Below, piece after piece: positions 25,701 through 32,000 of a stretch of DNA of 32,000 nucleotides (positions are counted from its first letter, which is position 1; each line of letters opens with the position of its first letter). The notes below the pieces were generated by a model. It worked only from the letters and a program-made list of their open reading frames with translations, ran no database searches and was not told the origin of the DNA. The position numbers and the translations under genes were made by a program. Source of the stretch: Ferroglobus placidus DSM 10642 (GTDB taxonomy: Archaea > Halobacteriota > Archaeoglobi > Archaeoglobales > Archaeoglobaceae). The stretch covers positions 1,770,001-1,802,000 of the forward strand of contig NC_013849.1 in the NCBI RefSeq assembly GCF_000025505.1. The letters run 5' to 3'.

Positions 25701-26363
25701 TTAAACGAGGTCTTCGATTGACAAGCTCGGCTTCTTCCTTTCCTCAAGCAACCTCGTAATTATTAGAGTTCCCAAGTATTCTCCGTTACTGTCCCTTATC
25801 GGGAAGTAATGCTTTTTGAAAACATAGTCTCCTTTTACTATTTCCCTTTCGAACTTGTTTCTCCTTCCCGATTTGAAATCTTCTATTATTTGCCGGACGA
25901 AACCTCTTACTTCCTCGGGATGGAACTCGTAAACGCTCCTTCCGATTATTCCCTCTATTTTTTTCCCGGTGGCTGTGAAAAAGAAAACGACTTTGTCGTT
26001 TCTATCCACGAAGATCAGGCTTTCTTGAACTCCGTAAACGTACGACCTGTCTATCTTGTCTTCGATGTGATGAATTTCATACTCTCCGAAGATTCTTATG
26101 AAGTTCTCGAGGATTTTTTCAGCGAATAGGTCTTCCAAGCTTTTTTCGACGTAATAAACGTATTTTTTCCCGAGCCTTCCTCTGGATTTGACTTCTTTTC
26201 TCTTAACAAATCCCTTCCTGTATAGCCTTTCGAGCGTTGAAGCTATTGTAGTGTACGGGATTTTCCCGTTTTCCTTCGATAAAACTTCTTTCACTTTTTT
26301 TACGTCAGCCTCTCCTATTTTGCTTAGCGTATCTATAATTTTTTTCTCAAACTCTGAAAGCAT
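25701..26363 (-). CDS. Winged-helix (BlaI/TrmB-like) plus PAS-domain transcriptional regulator
   Basis: N-terminus LSEFEKKIIDTLSKIGEADVKKV...YTTIASTLERLYRKGFVKRKEV is a winged HTH. C-terminus GRSVYEFHPEEVRGFVRQIIEDFKSG...FPIRDSNGEYLGTLIITR is PAS-like. It is divergent from the cbiM operon. Confidence 0.65.
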   Translation of the reverse strand: MLSEFEKKIIDTLSKIGEADVKKVKEVLSKENGKIPYTTIASTLERLYRKGFVKRKEVKSRGRLGKKYVYYVEKSLEDLFAEKILENFIRIFGEYEIHHIEDKIDRSYVYGVQESLIFVDRNDKVVFFFTATGKKIEGIIGRSVYEFHPEEVRGFVRQIIEDFKSGRRNKFEREIVKGDYVFKKHYFPIRDSNGEYLGTLIITRLLEERKKPSLSIEDLV

Positions 26364-26517
26364 GTTATGCTAAATTCATCCGAAAAGATTTTTATTTTTT
26401 ATGCGGCTGTGCATCGCAGAATTTATCCTTTCTCACTTTTGTTATCAATTTAATTTTACTTCAGATGTAGTGGTACTAAACGAAAAGTTTTTAATACAGA
26501 TGAGCTGTGGATTGACC

Positions 26518-27393
26518 ATGCACATCCCGGATGGGTTCCTTGATTTGAACATCGCAGCTCTATTCTACTTGCTCAGCGCCGCTGTGCTGATTTACTCTTT
26601 CAGAAAAGCAAAAATAAATCCTGCCACGCTTGGAGTTGTTGCAGCAGCAATTTTCGCTGCCCAGATGCTTAACTGGCCGATTCCCGGAGGCACTTCGGCA
26701 CACTTCGTCGGCGGAGCCTTAGCTGGGATTTTACTCGGACCTTACGCCGGTTGCGTAGCGATGAGTCTTGTTTTGATAATACAGACGCTCGTTTTCGGAG
26801 ACGGAGGAATTACAGCTTTAGGAGCGAATCTGTGGAACATGGCAATCGTAAACGTTTTTGTCGGATACTACGTTTATTCGATCTTTAAAAAGTACAGCGA
26901 ACATATAGCGAGCTTCTTAGCTGGATGGATTGGAATAACTTTGGCAGCAGTAATGGCTGGAGTCGAGATTGGCTTGTCTTCAGCTTTCAAGTACGGAGTA
27001 GTCGAGGCAGCTTCAGTAATGTTCGTCTGGCACGGAGTTCTCGGAATAATCGAGGGAATCATCACTGCTGCTGTGGTAAGTTACATATCAACAAGAGCCG
27101 AAGTCAAAGCTCCCACTCCCAGCAAAACAGCTTTGATAGTAGTGGCTGCGATGATAGTCCTGGCACCTCTATTTGCGTATCTCGCTGAGTTGGTTAACTA
27201 TACAGAACCACTGGAAGTAGCTGCAGAAAACCTTGGATTAAGCGAGAACAGCATATGGAGCGGTATATTTCCGGACTACACTGTTCCGGGACTCAACGAG
27301 TACATAGGTGCTTTCATTACCGGAGCGATAGGCGTTGTTTTAATTCTTGCGATAGATGTTGCGTTTGCACGAGCTAATAGAGAGGAGCATTAG
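26518..27393 (+). CDS. cbiM: CbiM/NikM-type ECF substrate-capture subunit fused to a C-terminal PDGLE/N-like TM module
   Basis: The protein must start MHIPDGFL, because the N-terminal Met-His is the metal ligand in this family; this sets the start at ATG 26518, not 26401. The C-terminal ~90 aa (YTEPLEVAAENLGLSE...PDYTVPGL...TM) resembles PDGLE/CbiN-NikN-type accessory modules. Confidence 0.8.
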   Translation: MHIPDGFLDLNIAALFYLLSAAVLIYSFRKAKINPATLGVVAAAIFAAQMLNWPIPGGTSAHFVGGALAGILLGPYAGCVAMSLVLIIQTLVFGDGGITALGANLWNMAIVNVFVGYYVYSIFKKYSEHIASFLAGWIGITLAAVMAGVEIGLSSAFKYGVVEAASVMFVWHGVLGIIEGIITAAVVSYISTRAEVKAPTPSKTALIVVAAMIVLAPLFAYLAELVNYTEPLEVAAENLGLSENSIWSGIFPDYTVPGLNEYIGAFITGAIGVVLILAIDVAFARANREEH

Positions 27394-28078
27394 AGCTTTT
27401 TCCGAATACTTTCAAAATTTTTTCGTTTATGAAGAAAACCTGCTGTCGAAGGTAGATCCGAGGGTGAAAGTTATAGGGTTTACAATTTTAGCTGTTCTTT
27501 CCGTTTCAACCTTCGAAATCGAGAAAATTCTCTTTACAATTGTTTCAATATACCTCCTCGCTTTTCTGAGTGGAATCAGCACGATTAAGCTTCTGAAACG
27601 CTCTTACCTCTTTCCACTGTTTTCCTTTTTCGTAGTTTTACCAACTCTGTTTTTCGGCGAGCCTTTTTCTTACGTCTTAATTTTTTCTCTGAGGGTTTTC
27701 GCTGCTATATCTTCTCTGCAGCTTCTCATAATCTCCACCCCTTTCAACGAAGTTATCTCCGCTTTAAGATCTCTGAAAGTTCCGGAGAAGCTTTTGAACT
27801 CTTTGTGGATAGCTTACGTTTACTCCTACATTCTCGTTAGAGACTTGCTCGCAATTTTAATAGCGAGGGAAAGCAGGAGAGTCAAGAGAAGCGGACATTT
27901 AGAGACTATGAAGAGAGGAGGAGAGGCTCTCGGTTTGTTCATGCTTAGGAGTATGGAGAAGGGAGAGAAAGTCGCACTGGCTATGAAGCTGAGAGGAGAG
28001 CCGGTGGGAAGCGTTGGAGGGAGTAAGCTATTAATCCCCTACTTTTTACTCGTGGTGGTATGGTGGACGATATTGTAA
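27356..28078 (+). CDS. cbiQ: ECF transporter T component (CbiQ family)
   Basis: Contains DPRVKVIGFTILAVL, multiple TM helices and an ARESRRV-type coupling helix region. It lies between the M and O subunits. Confidence 0.8.
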   Translation: MLRLHELIERSIRAFSEYFQNFFVYEENLLSKVDPRVKVIGFTILAVLSVSTFEIEKILFTIVSIYLLAFLSGISTIKLLKRSYLFPLFSFFVVLPTLFFGEPFSYVLIFSLRVFAAISSLQLLIISTPFNEVISALRSLKVPEKLLNSLWIAYVYSYILVRDLLAILIARESRRVKRSGHLETMKRGGEALGLFMLRSMEKGEKVALAMKLRGEPVGSVGGSKLLIPYFLLVVVWWTIL

Positions 28079-28761
28079 TAGAGGCTGAGAACATAAGCTA
28101 CACTTATCCAGACGGCACCCTCGGTTTCGACGAGTTGAGCGTGAGGATAAGGAAAGGAGAGAGAGTCGCAATAGTAGGGGCGAACGGAAGCGGAAAAAGC
28201 ACCCTTCTTCTCGTTCTCTCCGGGCTATTGAAGCCAACGACTGGAAAAGTTAGAATTTTCGGCATCGATCCGGAGGAAAATGTCGAAGAAGTAAGGAGAA
28301 ACGTTGGTTTTCTTTTTCAAGACCCAGACATATTCCTCTTTAACTCCACCGTATTTGATGAGCTGAGATACGTCCCTTCCCAGCTCGGGTGGAGTGAGGA
28401 AAAGATTAGGAGAGAGGTCAGCAAAATAGCGGAGGAGTTCAAAATTTCGGGAATACTGAAAAAACCCCCTTTCAGGCTGAGTGGTGGAGAGAAAAAGAGA
28501 GTCGCTTTAGCGAGCATTCTGATATACTCTCCAAAGATTCTTTTTCTCGACGAGCCCTTTGCTAACGTCGATGCGAAGACGAAGAGAAAGATTTTCGAAA
28601 TCTTAAAGAATTACGACGGCACGGTGGTTTTCACGAGTCATGAGCTTGAGCTGGTTGAAACTCTTGCCGACAGAATTATTGTAATGAGTTTGGAAAAGAA
28701 AGTCATCGCTGAAACGAACGAGTTAAACGAAGAGATTTTAAGAAGAGCCGATCTGCTCTGA
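28060..28761 (+). CDS. cbiO: ECF transporter ATPase (CbiO family)
   Basis: Walker A GANGSGKST, Q-loop FQDP, signature LSGGEKKR and Walker B ILFLDEP. Confidence 0.9.
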   Translation: MVDDIVIEAENISYTYPDGTLGFDELSVRIRKGERVAIVGANGSGKSTLLLVLSGLLKPTTGKVRIFGIDPEENVEEVRRNVGFLFQDPDIFLFNSTVFDELRYVPSQLGWSEEKIRREVSKIAEEFKISGILKKPPFRLSGGEKKRVALASILIYSPKILFLDEPFANVDAKTKRKIFEILKNYDGTVVFTSHELELVETLADRIIVMSLEKKVIAETNELNEEILRRADLL

Positions 28762-30012
28762 TTTCATATATTCTCTTAAGAAGACGGTTGCGTAGCAACC
28801 TTTCGGCAGGAAAAACTCGAAAACTCCGTCAGAATAGAAAAACTTTTCAAAATCGAAAGGGATGTCTGCGACTCTCAAACTGCCTTTCGAAGAAAACTCG
28901 GGATACTCGGATTTGAAGCTCTCAAGGTCTATCTCTTCTTCTTCGAGAATCTCCTTCAACTTTTCCCCACTCCAGCCAATTAGCTTCGTTTCGTAGCCGG
29001 GAAGGGGTAAAGCGAGAACGGCGTAGCCTCGCTCCTTCAGGAAAGAAACCCTCGGAGAGTTGAATTCCGTGAGAATTGAGAAGTCCTCGGAGTAAACTTT
29101 GTAGCCCTTTCTGAAGTTCACGAAGTCGACGAAGTCGTCTCTTTCGATCTCTTTCAGGTTTCCGTACTCCCTTATCCTTTCCGAGAGAAGCCTGTTGAAG
29201 AGGTAGGACTGGTAGGCGTGGATGAACATAAGCTTCAGATTTTTCGGCAGGCTGAGAAGAGCTTCGAGCTCGCTTTTTCCCTCTCTCAGCTTCTGGAGAA
29301 GCAATCTTTCGTACCTCAAGTACTTCGGCAATTCTCTTAGCCCAAATTTTGCATCTCTCTCGTTCCACAAAATTTCTCTTATCCTCCTAACCTCTTCCCT
29401 CTCCCCTTCGAAGGGCTTTGCCACGTAAACCCAGAAAGCGTCTTCGTATTTCCTCTGAATTATCAGCTTACCTACCTCGTGGGTTATCAATCTAAGAGAG
29501 CCGAACCTCTGAATGCCGAAAAAGTTCGGAATTCCCTTCTCTTTAAGCTCTTCGGTAATCTTCTCAACTCTCTCCCCGTTTTCAGCGTCGCTCACTCTCA
29601 CTCTGAAAAAGTTTCCTATTAAATCGCCGAGCTCTAAATTCTTGCTCGTGAAGCAAACGACTTCGATTTCAGCATCCTTTAGCTTCACGCTTTTGAGCTT
29701 TTCAGCAATTCTTTCGTCTGCGTTGTATATCATGAAGTACTGAACGCTCACGGCATTCTTATCCTTCGTTCCGGAATAACCGACTCTTTTCTGACTTATT
29801 CCGAGAACGTTCGAAAGAACTCTCGCAAAATTCAGAGTTTCCCAGTTCTTTTTCCTAACCTTTATCAGAAGATTTTTCCCTTCCTTCTCTTCGAATTTTT
29901 CCAGATCTATTATCTCCTCGACGTAAAAGTCTTCAGCGGACTCTTTTATTCTTCCCCCTATTCCCGGAGTTTTTGTAATGTATTCTTCTATTCCAACTCT
30001 CTCTTCTATCAT
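28738..30012 (-). CDS. truD: tRNA pseudouridine(13) synthase TruD/Pus7 family
   Basis: Contains GIGGRIKESAEDFYVEEI and YSGTKDKNAVSVQ (catalytic Asp motif GxKD). 424 aa. ATGA overlap with the rfcL stop. Confidence 0.85.
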   Translation of the reverse strand: MIEERVGIEEYITKTPGIGGRIKESAEDFYVEEIIDLEKFEEKEGKNLLIKVRKKNWETLNFARVLSNVLGISQKRVGYSGTKDKNAVSVQYFMIYNADERIAEKLKSVKLKDAEIEVVCFTSKNLELGDLIGNFFRVRVSDAENGERVEKITEELKEKGIPNFFGIQRFGSLRLITHEVGKLIIQRKYEDAFWVYVAKPFEGEREEVRRIREILWNERDAKFGLRELPKYLRYERLLLQKLREGKSELEALLSLPKNLKLMFIHAYQSYLFNRLLSERIREYGNLKEIERDDFVDFVNFRKGYKVYSEDFSILTEFNSPRVSFLKERGYAVLALPLPGYETKLIGWSGEKLKEILEEEEIDLESFKSEYPEFSSKGSLRVADIPFDFEKFFYSDGVFEFFLPKGCYATVFLREYMKSEQIGSS

Positions 30013-31529
30013 GAGAAGAATTCCTCTAAGGACATGTCTTTTCCTTTCTTTTCTTTCTTTCTTCTCTTTCTCTTTGTCTCTTTTTTCTCTTCTTCCTTCT
30101 TCTCCTCTTTAACCTCCGCTATTTCTACTTCCCTTTTCTCCTCCTCTTCTACTTCTTCTATTTCTACCTCTTCCTTTTCCTCTTCTTTTAGTTCAACTTC
30201 CTTTATTTCTGCAGCATAGCCCTCAAGAAACGTCTCGTCCTCAATTCTGTGGTAGTTGTGCTTCTTCATGTAGTTGTAAATCTCCTCTCCTCTCTCATCG
30301 CCAACCAAGAACTTAAGCTCTTCCTCGTTTAAGTCGTAGAATGCGGCAATTTTTGCTGCCGTATCTGTGTCCAAGGTTGAGAGGAGAAACCTAACGTAAT
30401 CGTAGAGCTCCGTATTCGCTTTTCTCCTCGACATGTGGGAATACTTGGCGAGTTTTTTCAGGATGTTTCTCCTCAACTCCCTCTTCTTCTGGAACGTCAC
30501 GAGCTTCTGCCAGAACGTCGGGCGGGTGTACTTTGTGAAACCTTTCTTCACCTTGCTCTTCGACTGCTGAACTCCTACTGTCATTAAATAGCTGGCGTAC
30601 TTCCAAAGTCTGTAGAACTGCCTTCTTTTCACTCTTCCAAGGAACATGTCCGCCCTCGAAAGAACGAGTTGAGCTTTGTAGAGGTCTTCTCCTTCGTATT
30701 CGAGTGGCACGTTTGCGTCGATCCAGTAAATTAGGTCTTCGGGAGACTCGTCAAGAAGCATCGCTTCCGAATAAACCGTTGAGTAGTAAGTTTTGAATAT
30801 CTTCTGCATCACCTTGAAAACGTCAGTTTCCTGAGTTCTCTTAGCCACAATAACGTCTTCGGCTTTCACAACTTTTCTTCCTTCTGCAACAGCTTGCAAA
30901 TCGTTTATCGCCGCTCTCAAATCTCCTCCTGCATTGTCCGCTATTGCGTAAAGAGCTTTCTTATCTATTTCGATTCCCTCAAGCTTCGCTATTCTCTCCA
31001 AAACCTTCACGACCTGATCTCTTGTCAGTCTTCTGAAGTTTACCATCGTCACGAGGTTCCTCAACTCTGGCGAAAGGTTGTAGGGTTCGTTCGCTATAAG
31101 TATCATTGGCTGAGGTGGATTTCTCTTCAGAATTTTTATCAGTGCACTCTCTCCTCCAAAATCCTCCTTTTTGCTTATGTTGTCGACTTCGTCGAGAACT
31201 ATGAGCTTGAGCTTTCCCTCCCTCGAGGATAGAAAATCTCCCTCATCGCTCAGCGTTTCGTTAAAAGCGCCTTCTCCGACAATTCTGTAAATAACGCTCC
31301 AGTTTCTCTGATCAGAAGCGTTTAGCTCTACAACCTCCCAGCCGTAAGTGTTGGCTAAAGCTAAAGCGAGAGACGTTTTTCCAACTCCCGGAGGACCGGC
31401 GAAAAGAAGAGGTTTTTGCTTAACGCCTCTCTTCCAGTTTTCAGCCCAAGTTACGACAGTTTTGATTATATCTGAAGGAGCGACAACGTCTTTGATCGTT
31501 TTCGGGCGGTACTTTTCAACCCACAGCAT
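30009..31529 (-). CDS. rfcL: Replication factor C large subunit
   Basis: Contains MLWVEKYRPKTIKDVV, Walker A GPPGVGKTS and the DEVD box. It has a long Lys/Glu-rich C-terminal tail ending in the PIP-like MSLEEFFS. Confidence 0.9.
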   Translation of the reverse strand: MLWVEKYRPKTIKDVVAPSDIIKTVVTWAENWKRGVKQKPLLFAGPPGVGKTSLALALANTYGWEVVELNASDQRNWSVIYRIVGEGAFNETLSDEGDFLSSREGKLKLIVLDEVDNISKKEDFGGESALIKILKRNPPQPMILIANEPYNLSPELRNLVTMVNFRRLTRDQVVKVLERIAKLEGIEIDKKALYAIADNAGGDLRAAINDLQAVAEGRKVVKAEDVIVAKRTQETDVFKVMQKIFKTYYSTVYSEAMLLDESPEDLIYWIDANVPLEYEGEDLYKAQLVLSRADMFLGRVKRRQFYRLWKYASYLMTVGVQQSKSKVKKGFTKYTRPTFWQKLVTFQKKRELRRNILKKLAKYSHMSRRKANTELYDYVRFLLSTLDTDTAAKIAAFYDLNEEELKFLVGDERGEEIYNYMKKHNYHRIEDETFLEGYAAEIKEVELKEEEKEEVEIEEVEEEEKREVEIAEVKEEKKEEEKKETKRKRRKKEKKGKDMSLEEFFS

Positions 31530-31558
31530 CGCTCTACTTTACTCCTCAAGACAATATA

Positions 31559-31879
31559 TTATTTTTCCAACCAGAAGGTGTCGTTCTCTTTGTAGTTATA
31601 TTTGAAAACCAAGACTTTCATGTTTCCTTCTGCTGAGTGAATCGCTCCCGGCTTGCAGAGCAGAACGCTTCCACAAGAAACTTCGTATTCCTCCCCATCG
31701 ATTTTCATTTTCCCCTCTCCTTCGACTATGACGAAAACTTCCGTCTGAACTTTGTGGTAGTGATCGCCGACCTTTCCTTTTATTTCCACCAGCTGGATAA
31801 AGCAGTCTTTGCTGAATTCGTAAAGTTTGGACACTCTGTAATTGCCCCGCTCTATCCATTCCTTAGCTTCAAGTTTCAT
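31559..31879 (-). CDS. Cupin-domain protein
   Basis: Contains GDHYHKVQTEVFVIVEGEG...PGAIHSA, the two cupin motifs. ATG 31879 is preferred; the TTG extension to 31927 would overlap the upstream gene's 3' end. Confidence 0.7.
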   Translation of the reverse strand: MKLEAKEWIERGNYRVSKLYEFSKDCFIQLVEIKGKVGDHYHKVQTEVFVIVEGEGKMKIDGEEYEVSCGSVLLCKPGAIHSAEGNMKVLVFKYNYKENDTFWLEK

Positions 31880-31883
31880 AAAA

Positions 31884-32000
31884 TTAAATGAAGCTTGCGG
31901 ATATAATTCCTTTTTTGCTAACTGCAACGCCGACAGCGTTTCTCCCCATTACCGGAATCTGCTTAGTCTCAACGACGATCACATTTCCGTCTTTGCTGAT
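31884..32000 (-). CDS. 3' end of an unidentified gene (runs off the window end)
   Basis: Not in the track. The minus strand reads ...ISKDGNVIVVETKQIPVMGRNAVGVAVSKKGIISASFI then TAA at 31886-31884, 4 nt before the cupin start. Confidence 0.3.
   Translation of the reverse strand: MSKDGNVIVVETKQIPVMGRNAVGVAVSKKGIISASFI

Noticed and set aside
22797-26517. Cobalamin riboswitch (B12 box) upstream of the btu and cbiM operons.
   Set aside because: No GC-rich B12-box-like core or extended conserved structure is visible in the short AT-rich leaders, and such riboswitches are not expected in Archaea.
28922-29368. Arg-rich 148-aa minus-strand ORF overlapping truD in another frame.
   Set aside because: It lies in an alternative frame of a confidently called gene, and its Arg/Glu/Lys-rich translation is typical of an off-frame reading of an A/G-rich coding region.
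30034-30219. Polypyrimidine tract and Ser/Phe-rich 61-aa plus-strand ORF; possible simple repeat.
   Set aside because: It is the complement of the Lys/Glu-rich tail of rfcL. It is low-complexity coding sequence, not an independent repeat element or gene.
1-32000. CRISPR arrays, rRNA genes, or long tandem or dispersed repeats.
   Set aside because: I saw no regularly spaced direct repeats or rRNA-like segments on either strand. The only repeats found are the short palindromes reported above and low-complexity coding tracts.

Overview
This looks like an archaeal chromosomal segment. The gene content and motifs (archaeal-type PEP carboxylase, PGF-CTERM anchor, RFC large subunit, multihaem cytochrome) suggest Archaeoglobales, but that is inference only. 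All calls come from reading motifs by eye in the supplied ORF track and DNA; no database search was run.

Housekeeping genes flank the window. On the left are corA, an ATP-cone/nuclease gene, a DUF389 gene, ppcA, a geranylgeranyl-reductase-like flavoprotein, an ACT-domain protein, a small Lrp-like protein and tRNA-Arg(GCG). On the right are truD, the RFC large subunit and a cupin. Between them lie three accessory blocks.

(i) 7.5-10.0 kb is a membrane redox module: a cytochrome c with six CxxCH motifs, a Tat-exported NrfC-like protein with four [4Fe-4S] motifs, and an NrfD-like subunit. It is decayed. The cytochrome is frameshifted in an A4 run, and the nrfD-like gene is cut off by an IS6-family remnant.

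(ii) 10.0-17.7 kb is a decaying mobilome/defence island. It holds the IS6 remnant, vapBC, and a DUF1156-type DNA methylase with three independent lesions. These are followed by an inserted cassette: an M48-like membrane metalloprotease, a candidate 54-aa 2-TM peptide, a tightly linked DprA-like (SLOG fold) plus ComF-like phosphoribosyltransferase operon, and a membrane transglutaminase-like protein. An MNT/HEPN pair with a truncated HEPN partner closes the island.

(iii) 17.7-28.8 kb is a corrinoid salvage/uptake supercluster: btuF, btuC, a btuD with an extra C-terminal domain, cbiZ, a wHTH-PAS regulator and a CbiM/Q/O-type ECF metal transporter. It also encodes two very large secreted proteins carrying DUF4430 modules (like the transcobalamin beta domain).

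The best candidate for an undescribed system is the archaeal DprA-like/PRTase operon and its membrane-protease neighbours at 12.7-16.9 kb. The second is the surface corrinoid-capture pair at 18.7-22.8 kb. I found no CRISPR array, rRNA or riboswitch.
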